NCBI GenBank assembly: GCA_035526025.1
Contig: DATLDE010000018.1
Coordinates: 11,292-75,291 of the forward strand
Direction of reading: 5' to 3'
DNA: 64,000 nt
Origin: Candidatus Limnocylindrales bacterium
Lineage (GTDB): Bacteria > Patescibacteriota > Microgenomatia > Levybacterales > UBA12049
Under the pieces are notes generated by a model. That model was not told where the DNA came from, did no database searches, and worked only from the letters and a program-made list of their open reading frames with translations. Made by a program: the position numbers and the translations under genes. Of this stretch, positions 38,862-49,590 are shown one piece after another. Position 1 is the first letter of the stretch. The number at the start of each line of letters is the position of its first letter.

Positions 38862-40576
38862 GTGTCGTCTTACTATTCGTAGTAATATCATTCATATTTT
38901 CATCTCCTGCTTCTGCATCTTCAAATTTTATTACTGATTATAAAGTTATATACAATATTGAAAAAACAGGTCAGACATTAGTGAACATTGAAATTTCACT
39001 AACAAATAAAACTTCTAAAAACTTTGCAACTGAGTATCAAATGAATTTGGGTTTTGATGATATATCAGATTTTAAATCCTCTGATGTACAAGGAAATATA
39101 AATGCAAAACTACAAAAAAAGGAAAATGGGTATGATGCAATTTTGCCCTTGAATAGAAAATCTGTTGGTGAAGGGAAAAAAAATACTTTTAATATTTCTT
39201 TTCTTACGAAAAGCATTACAAAAAATAACGGAGACATCTGGGATATTAACATTCCCGGAATTTCCAACCCATCAGATTATAATAAGTTTGAAGTTGTGGT
39301 AAAACATCCTGATTCTTTTGGAAAACCTACATATATAAAACCAAATTTTGGTAATGATTCCCTTATTTTCGACAAAGAATCATTAGGTAAATCAGGAATT
39401 TCTATCGGTTTTGGTAAGGAGCAAAATTATCAGTTTGACTTAACTTATCATTTAAAAAATCCCAACCTTTACCCAATCAAAACTAAAATTGCACTACCCC
39501 CCGATACTGGCTACCAAAGAGTTTTCATTAAAGATATAAATCCCAGGCCTAAGAGCATCAGCATTGATCAAGACGGGAATTGGCTTGCAGAATACTCTCT
39601 GTCTCCTGCACAAAAATTAGATATAACTGTTCGTGGAAATAGCATTATCCAACTCAATCCAAAATCAAGTGAGCTAACTGCAATCGAAAATGATTTATAT
39701 ACCAGATCAACAAAATTTTGGCAAACTGAAGATAAAAATATTGAAAAACTTGCTACAGAACTAAAAACACCGGAAAGAATTTATGATTATGTTGTAAAAA
39801 CACTTAAGTACGACTTCTCAAGAGTTAGTGAAAACAAATCCAGAAAGGGAGCCGTGAATGCTTTATTACCTCCCAACTCAGCAGTTTGTCGTGAATATAC
39901 AGATCTTTTTATTGCAATAACACGGGCTGCAGGAATTCCCTCCAGAGAAATAAACGGCTACGCTAACACAGGCAGTACAAAAAACCGACCGCTTTCTCTT
40001 GTAAAAGACGTTCTGCATTCCTGGCCTGAGTATTATGATGTTACAAACAAGTCATGGATTATGGTTGATCCGACATGGGGGGCAACAACAGGCGGAGTAG
40101 ATTATTTCGATACGCTGGACTTTGATCATTTCGCCTTTGTCGTAAAAGGAGAAAGTGACAGCTATCCTATTCCGGCAGGTGGATATAAATCAGACAAAGA
40201 AAGAAACTTTAAAGATGTAAAAGTAATTTATAGCAAAAGTGACTTTGACCAACAAGAAAAATTACAGCTAAATGCTCCTGTCAGTAATAAATATATTGCG
40301 GGAACTCCAATAAATATAAATGTTGAAATTACGAACGGTGGTCCAGGAGCGATTCTTCCGCAAGATTTTCATGTTTCATCAAATGAACTAAGTCCTAATG
40401 ATCAAATTTCAGAAATACCTCTGATTCCACCGGGCGGAAAACATATTGTAAAGCTTAGATTTATGCCTACAAATATTTTGACAAAAAAGTCGGCTTTGTT
40501 TACAATTCGTTTTGGAGACAAAAAAATTGAACAGAGAGTAAATATTATTCCATTATTTTTATATCCTTGGAATTAG
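38831..40576 (+). CDS. Secreted transglutaminase-like domain protein
   Basis: Signal peptide; AVCREY (Cys), LHSWPEY (His), VDPTWG (Asp). Confidence 0.88.
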   Translation: MKIVNFKLKICVVLLFVVISFIFSSPASASSNFITDYKVIYNIEKTGQTLVNIEISLTNKTSKNFATEYQMNLGFDDISDFKSSDVQGNINAKLQKKENGYDAILPLNRKSVGEGKKNTFNISFLTKSITKNNGDIWDINIPGISNPSDYNKFEVVVKHPDSFGKPTYIKPNFGNDSLIFDKESLGKSGISIGFGKEQNYQFDLTYHLKNPNLYPIKTKIALPPDTGYQRVFIKDINPRPKSISIDQDGNWLAEYSLSPAQKLDITVRGNSIIQLNPKSSELTAIENDLYTRSTKFWQTEDKNIEKLATELKTPERIYDYVVKTLKYDFSRVSENKSRKGAVNALLPPNSAVCREYTDLFIAITRAAGIPSREINGYANTGSTKNRPLSLVKDVLHSWPEYYDVTNKSWIMVDPTWGATTGGVDYFDTLDFDHFAFVVKGESDSYPIPAGGYKSDKERNFKDVKVIYSKSDFDQQEKLQLNAPVSNKYIAGTPININVEITNGGPGAILPQDFHVSSNELSPNDQISEIPLIPPGGKHIVKLRFMPTNILTKKSALFTIRFGDKKIEQRVNIIPLFLYPWN

Positions 40577-40589
40577 GGGGGAAATTTAT

Positions 40590-41879
40590 TTGATATATTC
40601 ACCTTCAAAATACTCAACTCTTCCTGAAAAAGCAGGAGTATATATCTATTCAGATAGAAATAATAAAATTCTTTACGTTGGAAAAGCGAATAACCTCAGA
40701 TCGCGCGTTTCTTCATACTTTGTAAAAAGCGCTAAATTAGGAGAAAAAACAAGGATGCTTGTTGAACAGGTTGTAAAAATTAGAATAATAATTGTTGAGT
40801 CAGAACTTGAAGCATTACTTCTAGAAGCATTCTATATAAAGAAATACCGTCCTAAATATAATATAAGATTGAGTGACGACAAGTCTTACGTCAGAATTCG
40901 AATAACCATAAAAGATAAATATCCTGTCGTGATGTTAGCCCGCAGAGAAGATGACTCGGACTCTATTTATTTTGGGCCTTACCCAAACTCCTGGGCGGTT
41001 AAGCTTGTTCTTAAAACAATCAGAAAAGTCTTCCCGTATCAATCAGCACCAAATCATCCAAGGCGGATCTGTCTATATAATCATTTGGGTCTTTGTCCCT
41101 GTCCACCAATTTTTGACTGTGCTGATTTAAGAAAAAATTATAAAAAAAACATAAAAGGTATCATTAGAATTTTAGAGGCTCAATCTTCTAAGATATTACA
41201 GGAACTTGAAAAAAAACGGGACATCTTAAGCAAAAATGAAATCTATGAAGAAGCTAATCTAGTTCAAAAAAAAATAAATGCACTACGCATAATCACAGAA
41301 CCATTTCATAAACCATTTGAGTATGATGTAAATCCAAATCTCAGAATTGATCTGAGAAAAATTGAAACTGATGAATTAAGAAACCAACTTAATGAAAACG
41401 GAATGAATATTCATACGCTCCATAGAATTGAATGTTATGATATCTCCAACACACAAGGAACTCATGCAACCGGTTCTATGGTAGTTTTTACGGAAGGCGA
41501 GAAAGACTCATCGCAATACAGAAGATTTAAAATAAAAAAAGATGGCATCCCAAATGATTTTGCCATGATGGAGGAAATGCTGACCAGAAGATTTAAAAGA
41601 GACGGTTGGGAAATGCCAAGCCTTGTAATAGTTGATGGCGGTAAGGGACAAATTACATCAGCAATGAAAGCACTTGTTGTTAATAACATAACTGTTCCGT
41701 TGATAGGTCTTGCAAAAAGAGAAGAAACAATCATTATTCCAACTGTTGACAACTTTAAAGAGCTCTCGCTTCCAAAGAATTCAAAGTCATTGCATCTTGT
41801 CATGCGAATAAGGGATGAAGCGCACAGATTTGCAATAACTTATCATCGATTACTAAGATCAAAATCTAGTTTCGAGTGA
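40590..41879 (+). CDS. uvrC: Excinuclease ABC subunit C, short form lacking HhH
   Basis: GVY..YVGKA.NLR.RV GIY-YIG; IECYDIS, VDGGKGQ, RDEAHRFA. Confidence 0.93.
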   Translation: MIYSPSKYSTLPEKAGVYIYSDRNNKILYVGKANNLRSRVSSYFVKSAKLGEKTRMLVEQVVKIRIIIVESELEALLLEAFYIKKYRPKYNIRLSDDKSYVRIRITIKDKYPVVMLARREDDSDSIYFGPYPNSWAVKLVLKTIRKVFPYQSAPNHPRRICLYNHLGLCPCPPIFDCADLRKNYKKNIKGIIRILEAQSSKILQELEKKRDILSKNEIYEEANLVQKKINALRIITEPFHKPFEYDVNPNLRIDLRKIETDELRNQLNENGMNIHTLHRIECYDISNTQGTHATGSMVVFTEGEKDSSQYRRFKIKKDGIPNDFAMMEEMLTRRFKRDGWEMPSLVIVDGGKGQITSAMKALVVNNITVPLIGLAKREETIIIPTVDNFKELSLPKNSKSLHLVMRIRDEAHRFAITYHRLLRSKSSFE

Positions 41880-43203
41880 TTGTGTATTCGTACGGAAAAT
41901 AGAAAAATGATGCCGGCATGTCTTCAATTAAAAATCGTTGAAAATCTGCGTATATCCTCTTTCGCTCATTGATATCTATAGTTTTTCGACCATCTTCTAA
42001 GAGCTTATCAATTCTCAAATTTTTGTATCTTGTGATATTGCTATTTTGTCCTGTATGCCAAAGCGCGTACTGATCTGGATCTTTGGGAACATTAAAATCT
42101 CCTAAAAATATCTGGTATCTATCAGGCACCTGGTCAACTTCTTCAATTTTGGTAGCGATCCCTACTTTTTTCCACTCTGACTCAACAATTTTTGCTATAT
42201 TTGAGTATTTTTTTAAAGTTGAAATAGTTAACTGAGGCTTTGAATCAAGCAACAGAAGCTTTGCATGATCAAAATCCTGTTTCCTCTCTGCAACCTCTTT
42301 ATTAAAATAAATTGAAGTTGGAGCATATGGTAAGTACGCACTTTTTCCCAATTTATCATTTGAGGGTAATGCATAATTAAGCGCAAGCCTGACCTTCCTA
42401 TCAGAAAGTGTAGGATCAGTTGTATTGTAAAACAATGTTACTAAGCTTGAATAATTTATATCTTTTTTAATAGTAGTTTTTGGAAATTTCTCAAACGAAA
42501 TATTTTGAAAATCTATACTTAACACCCCGCTTGCTTGAGTAATCTCTCCCAATGCAAAGGCAGTTTTTAATGCATTTTCAGTAGGATAGAAGATAAAACG
42601 GGTCTTCTCAAATCTTTTGTTTTTCGAACCAAGAGTCAAATTTTGAACGAAATTTCCGTTAAGCTTAATATCTTTTATATAGAAATCTCCGACACCGACG
42701 TAGCCCTTCTTAAACACAGGCTGAGATATGGTCACAAGGAAAGGTGCATAAGAATCTTTTAATTTAAAAATAATTTTGTTCTTTTCTGGCCTCTCAATTT
42801 TTACATCTGAGAAATTATAAAATAAATCTTTTGATTCAAATTTACTCCCATCATTAAATCGCTGATCATTTTTAAGTATAAATGTATAGGTTTTACCTTT
42901 ATTCTCAATCGTGTAGTCAGATGATAAATTTTTTGTTATTTCTCCATTCTCTTCAACCTTTGTTAATCCTCCTGACAATTTATTCTCAATAATTGATGGG
43001 AGATTATCGCGTTCATATGAACCAACTACTCCAATTACCGGTTGCCTTTGAAATGTTAAGATTGCAGTTAGATATTTTCCGCCGAATATAATTCCGAAGA
43101 AAATAAGTAAACCTGCCAGAAAGGAAAATAATATGGTCTTCTTAGATTTCTTAATGTAGGCTTTTATCAGCCAAAAAATGAGCCTCCGTCTTACAACTAC
43201 CAT
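41866..43203 (-). CDS. ABC substrate-binding protein, family 5
   Basis: N-terminal TM; YTF.L, DRKVRLAL, DPDQY..WH, ID.LLE.GR. Confidence 0.85.
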   Translation of the reverse strand: MVVVRRRLIFWLIKAYIKKSKKTILFSFLAGLLIFFGIIFGGKYLTAILTFQRQPVIGVVGSYERDNLPSIIENKLSGGLTKVEENGEITKNLSSDYTIENKGKTYTFILKNDQRFNDGSKFESKDLFYNFSDVKIERPEKNKIIFKLKDSYAPFLVTISQPVFKKGYVGVGDFYIKDIKLNGNFVQNLTLGSKNKRFEKTRFIFYPTENALKTAFALGEITQASGVLSIDFQNISFEKFPKTTIKKDINYSSLVTLFYNTTDPTLSDRKVRLALNYALPSNDKLGKSAYLPYAPTSIYFNKEVAERKQDFDHAKLLLLDSKPQLTISTLKKYSNIAKIVESEWKKVGIATKIEEVDQVPDRYQIFLGDFNVPKDPDQYALWHTGQNSNITRYKNLRIDKLLEDGRKTIDINERKRIYADFQRFLIEDMPASFFYFPYEYTITRN

Positions 43204-43210
43204 AATATGT

Positions 43211-43438
43211 TTACTTGAACTGCGGGAAAAGAAGAGCAATTGATAAGATAACTAGAAGTACTGCGAGGATAATTGTAGAAGTTACTAAAAATTTTTCTAC
43301 ATTCCTTTTACTTCTGTACATTTCTCCCCCACCACCAAAAACAGGCGATAAGCCTTCTTCAGGAGCTTGAAGCAAGATGCTAGCGATTAGTAAGATAGCA
43401 ACAATCAATTGTGCTATTGTAAGAATATTTCCAATCAT
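43211..43438 (-). CDS. secG: Preprotein translocase subunit SecG
   Basis: ILLQ...GL...FGG...R..EKFL, two TMs. Confidence 0.88.
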   Translation of the reverse strand: MIGNILTIAQLIVAILLIASILLQAPEEGLSPVFGGGGEMYRSKRNVEKFLVTSTIILAVLLVILSIALLFPQFK

Positions 43439-43483
43439 ATTTTCTACATACAATTATATAACCTGATAGAGAGATATGCAAGC

Positions 43484-43885
43484 TTATTCCATAAGCCATG
43501 AAAGAATCGAAACAATAAGCGAAATCACAACTGCGCTGATTACATAGGCTAAATAAATGTTAAAACTCACACCTGGTGTTGAAAAACCTAAAAAACTGAC
43601 TTCCGGATATTCAAAGGGATTTATCGTAATTCCCTCGACAAACATAGTCATTAGATACAGAATAAATGCATTTGAAATCACTGAAAATAAACCCAAAGTA
43701 ACTAGTCTTATCGGAAAACTAATTATATTAATAATCGGCTTCAAAACTAAGAACATCAAAGCAAGAAGTGCACCACCTATAAAAATAGTTTCGAGTCCAC
43801 CTGCAATTTTAACTCCAGGAACAACTGAGGGAAGAGCAAAAAGCGCAAAAGTATAAACTGCTATTTTTCGAAGAATAGTTTTCAC
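43484..43885 (-). CDS. YvlD/phage-holin-4 family membrane protein
   Basis: VPGV, LKPI...FP...VTLGLF..I.NA. Confidence 0.82.
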   Translation of the reverse strand: MKTILRKIAVYTFALFALPSVVPGVKIAGGLETIFIGGALLALMFLVLKPIINIISFPIRLVTLGLFSVISNAFILYLMTMFVEGITINPFEYPEVSFLGFSTPGVSFNIYLAYVISAVVISLIVSILSWLME

Positions 43886-44038
43886 TAATAAAAGCCTATC
43901 AGATGAAGCTTTACAGTGTCAATTTAAAAATACCCTAGACATCTCGATAAAGGGTCTATTAGTGTTTGTATAATATATCAATTCACGATAAATACTTGCA
44001 GAATCGGGAATCACAGAGTAAGATTGTATTTACGAAAT

Positions 44039-45220
44039 ATGAACACGGTTATATGTCCTCATTGCAAAAAAGATGTAGAAATCACACAAGCACTCAAGCA
44101 TGAATTAACTGAAAAAGAAAGAACTAAGCTTCAGGCAGAGTTCAAAAAAGAACTTGAGGAAACAAAGCAACAAGCAATATCAAGCTCTGAAAAAAAGATA
44201 AAGGAACAATTTGCACTTGAAATAAAGCTGGCAAAAGAAGACACAGAAGCCAAAGGGAATCGTATTCAAAAATTAATTGATCAAATAACTCAGCTTACAC
44301 GCGACTTGAGTCAATCAAAAGTTGAAAAACAAGAAGCTGAGATGGAGATGAGAAAAAAATTAGCCGTAGAAGAAAATAAAATTCGTCTTGATGCCCGGAC
44401 AAAAGCTGAGGAAGAACAACATCTAAAAATGCTAGCAAAGGATAAGCAGCTCCAGGATATGCTTAAGGAGCTTGAAGATGCAAAGAGAAAACTTGAACAA
44501 GGCTCTCAACAGACACAAGGAGAAGTATATGAACTTGAATTTGAAGAAATACTCAGACGGGAATTTCGACATGACAAAATCAAACCTGTCGCAAAAGGCG
44601 TAAAAGGAGCTGACATTATCCAGGAAGTGTGGGATGCACGCGGTAATTACAATGGTAAGATACTCTGGGAATTAAAGAATACGAAGCCACCATGGAAAGA
44701 GGATTGGGTCACAACACTTAAGAAGAATAAGCGTGAGATAGGAGCTGAAGAAGCAGTGTTGATATCAGAAGTACTTCCAAAAGAATTAAAAACAGCAGGT
44801 TTCAGGGAAGGAATCTGGGTAACAGAGCGAAATTTTGTAATTGGCCTTGCTTCAGCTCTTCGTGCAAGTCTTATCCAAATTTTTTATGTAAAAGAGGCAG
44901 CCAAAGGAAAAGACGAAAAAGTTGAGATTCTCTACTCCTATCTTTCAGGAGTAGATTTTAAACACAGAATCGAAAGTATTGTTGACTCCTTTACCGGAAT
45001 GCAGAATGAAATCGAAAAAGAAAAGAGGTATTTCTCGGGTAAATGGTCAAGAGACGAGAAAAACTTACGTCGCGTGCTTGACAACACATTTGGAATGCAT
45101 GGCGACTTTAAGCACATTATGGGAAATAAACTGCCTGAAATCAAAGGCTTTGATGAAGAGTCCGTTGAATCCCCCAGTATTCTAGAGGAAAAAGTTCAAC
45201 AGAATCTTCTTGAAGATTGA
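44039..45220 (+). CDS. DUF2130 protein (coiled coil + PD-(D/E)xK-like domain)
   Basis: ICPHC, long coiled coil, SQQTQGEV.E, KGADI, WELKNTK. Confidence 0.85.
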   Translation: MNTVICPHCKKDVEITQALKHELTEKERTKLQAEFKKELEETKQQAISSSEKKIKEQFALEIKLAKEDTEAKGNRIQKLIDQITQLTRDLSQSKVEKQEAEMEMRKKLAVEENKIRLDARTKAEEEQHLKMLAKDKQLQDMLKELEDAKRKLEQGSQQTQGEVYELEFEEILRREFRHDKIKPVAKGVKGADIIQEVWDARGNYNGKILWELKNTKPPWKEDWVTTLKKNKREIGAEEAVLISEVLPKELKTAGFREGIWVTERNFVIGLASALRASLIQIFYVKEAAKGKDEKVEILYSYLSGVDFKHRIESIVDSFTGMQNEIEKEKRYFSGKWSRDEKNLRRVLDNTFGMHGDFKHIMGNKLPEIKGFDEESVESPSILEEKVQQNLLED

Positions 45221-45298
45221 AACTTTTACTACTGGTTGCTCCTTTATATTTTCTTTATTTATCAGTAATTCTAGCCATTTATTAGATTGTTTGAACAT
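45182..45298 (-). CDS. Possible 38-aa small protein
   Basis: GGAGGT SD 7 nt before ATG; MFKQSNKWLELLINKENIKEQPVVKVSIFKKILLNFFL*. Confidence 0.45.
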   Translation of the reverse strand: MFKQSNKWLELLINKENIKEQPVVKVSIFKKILLNFFL

Positions 45299-45516
45299 AA
45301 TATTTACCTCCATCTACGAATTATTATATAGATTACGGATGATTCAACTTGATTTTAACCTTATATCTTTATGACAGCCTGCAATTACGCATTTAGTTTT
45401 GTAAGGATTTTATCAAGTTGATTACGAATTTCTGGAATATAATTCCGATAGTTTGCATATAAAGCTTTCAAGTTTTATAATCAGGCTGCAATATATGCTA
45501 ACTATTAATAATACTT

Positions 45517-47025
45517 ATGAAAGAATCAGGAAGATCAGCATTTGCATCAAGACCCATGGGGGCTGTAAGCACATTATCAAGAGGAACTAGCTCTGAAAGA
45601 GGTGCCAGAATTTCCGCGTCTACTTTTTCTAATCGCTCACTTGGAAGATCATTTGGACCAACCAGAGCATTTTCAACAAAAGATTTTGTTTTTTCATCAC
45701 CCAAAAGCGAAAGTACCCAACCCAGCAAGATAAACCTAGGAAATTTGAGAGAATTCACCATACCCGGAATGGCTATTCCAAAAGAAAGCTCCGCAGCAGA
45801 ACCAGGCATGACCACTTCTCCTGAAGCTATAATAAAACCTTTCGCGGCACCGGAAAATGCAAGACGCCATCACAGACGCAGACCCAACAGGCCATCAAGA
45901 GCTCATTCAGAAATTCATCGTCCTGATATACCAAGAATTGAACCATCTAACAATCCTGTTGATATGAAAGTAGAATTTCCAACTCTGGAAAAACCCAGAA
46001 CAACGACATCTATTAGATTGAGCCGCAAGCCCTCAGTTGGAGAAAGTGCCTTCATCTCGCTAAGGGATATAGCCGTAAAGCGGAATAGGATGGCTTCTGT
46101 TTCGGAAACTCCTTCAGTTGCTAAAATGGAAAACGCAGAAACTCACGCTCTTGAAGCAGTTCTGGCAGAACAATACGTATCAAGTAGAGTTGTGTCATCA
46201 ATTCAAGAGGCGCGTGCAAAAGTAGAAAGACTAATAGAACTCAAATCCGCTCCGGAAGCTACAGAAGACGTAAAAATTGATGCTCAAATAATAACTGCCG
46301 AGGCTATGAACATCGATACCCGTATGCCTGCCCCTTCTGTAGTACCGCAATTAGAAACCATACATACCGTTATGCCCGCTTTGACTACTACCCATGCAGT
46401 TGACCAAGCATCGGTTGCCCGAAGACTTTTCGCAGTACCAAGACTAAAACAATTTAAACTAACTACTGAGGAAGAAGTAGATATAGATGAGGAAAAAACA
46501 AGAGTTCTTTCATCAATATCTACAAAAGCTGAGAAAACAAAAACTATTGAAAGAACAAAAAATAAAGTTGTTGAAATGATATTAACGAGATTGGAAAAGA
46601 AGAACGCAGTAAAAACAACAAATGAATCTCAAAAAAAGAAATTTAAGAAAATTAAATATGTTGTTGATAACTCAACTAATAAAGCAAGGCTAGATGTAAT
46701 TGGAAAGATAAGAAAATTTGTTGTAAAAAGTAGCGAAACTCGTGATCAGAAGCCAACATGGAGTGAAGTCGTAAACCTACTTCCTAAAAAACCCGACAAA
46801 CAACTGATAAGCGAACTAGTTCGTGGATTTCAAGACAATGATGGGTCATGGTCTGATGTTAAAGATACCCTCAAAGAAAGTGGGGATATATTTCCCCATG
46901 CAAAAATTGATCCTATTGTTCGGTCAATCCCAGCAGTTAAGGCCAGTGAACATGCAATAGAAGAGGTTACAGAGCGTGATGTAAATCGTGTTTTGGGACG
47001 AGATACTTATAGAGAAGCTGCTTAA
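45517..47025 (+). CDS. Hypothetical protein, largely low-complexity
   Basis: 502-aa ORF, Ser/Arg/Pro-rich N-terminal half. Confidence 0.7.
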   Translation: MKESGRSAFASRPMGAVSTLSRGTSSERGARISASTFSNRSLGRSFGPTRAFSTKDFVFSSPKSESTQPSKINLGNLREFTIPGMAIPKESSAAEPGMTTSPEAIIKPFAAPENARRHHRRRPNRPSRAHSEIHRPDIPRIEPSNNPVDMKVEFPTLEKPRTTTSIRLSRKPSVGESAFISLRDIAVKRNRMASVSETPSVAKMENAETHALEAVLAEQYVSSRVVSSIQEARAKVERLIELKSAPEATEDVKIDAQIITAEAMNIDTRMPAPSVVPQLETIHTVMPALTTTHAVDQASVARRLFAVPRLKQFKLTTEEEVDIDEEKTRVLSSISTKAEKTKTIERTKNKVVEMILTRLEKKNAVKTTNESQKKKFKKIKYVVDNSTNKARLDVIGKIRKFVVKSSETRDQKPTWSEVVNLLPKKPDKQLISELVRGFQDNDGSWSDVKDTLKESGDIFPHAKIDPIVRSIPAVKASEHAIEEVTERDVNRVLGRDTYREAA

Positions 47026-48269
47026 GCTGATTCTTCAACAGGAATTATTTCTGCAACATCCACAAATACCTTGTCACCTTCTTTTTTCATAACACCTTTT
47101 ATGCGGGCAAAACCATCTATCACCTCTTTCCCAGAATAATATCCGAGAGTCGGCCCATTATCATCTGTAAGCGTGAGAACTAGCGTATTGTTGATTTTGT
47201 CTTCCGCTTGTTTTTTTACAAAAAATTCTTTGTCTACCTTCTCTTCGGGTGCATCAACCGGAACTACATTGGCATCTGCTTCTGTATTTTTATGCAGCAT
47301 TCTTGCAAAAAAATCTACTGCCTTTTGGCGTTTCCAAATAGCAAAAACTATGATTAATATCAGAAATAAGATTATAAATATCAACAAAACTATTTTACCG
47401 ATGCCATTTCCCTTAGGCTGTTCTTCCATCACTGTTTTTTCAGGAACTGGTGTACTTGTGGGTTTTTTTATTACTGAAGTAGGTTTTAAACTCGGTGTTG
47501 GGGCAAAAAATGAAGGGACAGGTTTTCCAAGGGATAGGAGTATCTTGAAACTCCCGAACATCAAATTATAATCGACTCCATCAATTTTTCCATCATCATC
47601 CAAATCAGTATTTCTAAAATCCCTACATGATGGACCTTCTGCTTTTGTGCCAAAACAACTTACCAACTCATTATAGTCATTTATGTCCATGACATTGTCT
47701 CCTTTTATATTTGGATAAATGTCCCCAATTAATACATCCCCCGCATCGATTTCTATTGGTGATGAGTACTTACCTCTTATTTCATATATTTTTCCACTGA
47801 TATCGGCCGAGTCTAATTTTATTAATTTGGAAAGTGACTGCTCGGCTTTGACTGCAATTTGGTATTTACCCTCTGGAACTTTATCACCCAAATCAATTGA
47901 TGAATTAACAAACTTTCCGTAAGTTGCGCTTTGAGCATCAGAATCAAAGGTCAGATTACTCTCAATTATCCTAAGTGGCTTTGTTGAAGCATCCTCAGCG
48001 TTAATCACTGAACTATATAGATATATACTAATTTTTCTAACAACATTTCGTGGAGTCTGGTTTCCGCTTTCTCCCCCAATCCCTGGAATTTTCAGCACAA
48101 CACTAATCAATTGACCTGACGGAGAGGGTACTGGAGCTTCAGATTCCGGACTTATCGTGACCTGAGGTATGCTAGGACTAGGCGATTGCGCAAAAACTTC
48201 TGAAATACTAAAAATCTTAAGAGGAAGAATAATCAGAATAAGTGTTATTACAATTTTCTTTAAATTCAT
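47022..48269 (-). CDS. Membrane-anchored protein with dockerin/EF-hand-like domain
   Basis: Signal peptide; GDIY..DN..DINDYN, DLDDDGKIDGVDYN; P/T linker; TM; cytoplasmic tail. Confidence 0.78.
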   Translation of the reverse strand: MNLKKIVITLILIILPLKIFSISEVFAQSPSPSIPQVTISPESEAPVPSPSGQLISVVLKIPGIGGESGNQTPRNVVRKISIYLYSSVINAEDASTKPLRIIESNLTFDSDAQSATYGKFVNSSIDLGDKVPEGKYQIAVKAEQSLSKLIKLDSADISGKIYEIRGKYSSPIEIDAGDVLIGDIYPNIKGDNVMDINDYNELVSCFGTKAEGPSCRDFRNTDLDDDGKIDGVDYNLMFGSFKILLSLGKPVPSFFAPTPSLKPTSVIKKPTSTPVPEKTVMEEQPKGNGIGKIVLLIFIILFLILIIVFAIWKRQKAVDFFARMLHKNTEADANVVPVDAPEEKVDKEFFVKKQAEDKINNTLVLTLTDDNGPTLGYYSGKEVIDGFARIKGVMKKEGDKVFVDVAEIIPVEESA

Positions 48270-48305
48270 ACTTCATGATTTGTTGAAATTTCTCTTTTTA
48301 TCATC

Positions 48306-49460
48306 TCAATCTCCCTCAAGGCGCTTAAAAGAAGCTAAAAATATATTGTAGTCTATAACATTTGCTGCAGAATCATCATTAAAATCGATGAGATCAGCTG
48401 TTTCACATTTCTTATCTTGAAAACATGGGAGTGCGATATTAAAATCTTTTATATTGATAATGTTATCATTATTCAGATCTCCTTGAATTAAAGTAACTGC
48501 CGGCAAATTATTTATACTTTGATGATTGATGGTCTGGAATTCGGGCACTATCAGGGAGATTAATGTTCCAAGTATTGAAACTTTTACATAGTAAACTCCA
48601 TTTGCTAACTGACCAAGGTTTATAACGCCTTCAAACCCATCCTTTCCATTGTATTTTAGAAATCCACTCCCTGATAATATTTTTTTATTATCTAAATCAA
48701 ATATCCCCACATTTGATTGTCTGGTAAGATGCTTCGGCAATTTATTACCTGATATTCCAATTCCGGGAAGTTTTACGACTATTTTTATCTGGGTATTTGT
48801 TGGATTTAAAATTATACTTGGCGATGACGAAATAGTCGGTGTTACCGAAATTGTTGGAGATAATGTTGGGATAAGTGGTGTAAGGCCAGCAGTCGGGACC
48901 ACTCCATTTGTTGGCGAAACGGGAATCGATGAAGAAGATCCTAAGTCCAGTGTCCAGTAATTCCCTTTCAAAGCTATACCAGCCTCTTTATATGACGGAT
49001 TAAGCATATTTGCATTGTGGGGAGCTGAGTTTTTCCAGGCATCAAAGGCTGCTTGCGGATCAGAGCTATTTGGGAAGATATTTTCACCAAAATTAGTCCA
49101 TATATATCCACATTGTGTTAACCGGACGCCTGGCTCACGCCCTAACGAATCAGTATGATTAAATCGATTATTTGTAAACATGTCATTGCTCATCCATGCA
49201 GCTGCAAGTTTTAGACTTGAAGACCATGATAATGGAGCTAAACTATTTTGCTGTCTATGTGCGTTTATTAAGTTAAGAAGTGTTTGATCGCTTGCAGTCT
49301 GGGTAAGAAAAGCGGTATTTACTGTGCAATTTGTCGTCTGAGTCTGCGCTTGAGTAGGAAAAATGAATATTGAAAGCAAGAAAAATAAACCTACCAAACT
49401 TGTTATTCCTAGCTTCAGAAATATTATATTGATTGTTTTATTTTTTTTACGAAAAGACAC
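48306..49460 (-). CDS. CAP/SCP-domain secreted protein with dockerin/EF-hand-like domain
   Basis: LIN.HR, GENI, WKNSAPH..NML, YWT; GDLNNDNIINIKDFN; GTG start after GGAGG. Confidence 0.85.
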   Translation of the reverse strand: MSFRKKNKTINIIFLKLGITSLVGLFFLLSIFIFPTQAQTQTTNCTVNTAFLTQTASDQTLLNLINAHRQQNSLAPLSWSSSLKLAAAWMSNDMFTNNRFNHTDSLGREPGVRLTQCGYIWTNFGENIFPNSSDPQAAFDAWKNSAPHNANMLNPSYKEAGIALKGNYWTLDLGSSSSIPVSPTNGVVPTAGLTPLIPTLSPTISVTPTISSSPSIILNPTNTQIKIVVKLPGIGISGNKLPKHLTRQSNVGIFDLDNKKILSGSGFLKYNGKDGFEGVINLGQLANGVYYVKVSILGTLISLIVPEFQTINHQSINNLPAVTLIQGDLNNDNIINIKDFNIALPCFQDKKCETADLIDFNDDSAANVIDYNIFLASFKRLEGD

Positions 49461-49543
49461 ATTACCTCCTACTAAAATAGTATACGTTTTGCGTAGGAGA
49501 ATCAACCCTGGTCACATCAAGTCATAACTATTATAGTAGGCAG

Positions 49544-49585
49544 CATAAATTCAGCTGGGTTTTATGCAATCCAACTGAATTTATG
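49544..49585 (-). terminator. Hairpin downstream of the stress gene
   Basis: CATAAATTCAG/CTGAATTTATG stem. Confidence 0.55.
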
Positions 49586-49590
49586 TATTT

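Noticed and set aside
43484-43885. Holin-family gene as evidence of a prophage
   Set aside because: YvlD-type membrane proteins are common chromosomal genes; neighbours are secG and an ABC binding protein, with no phage genes
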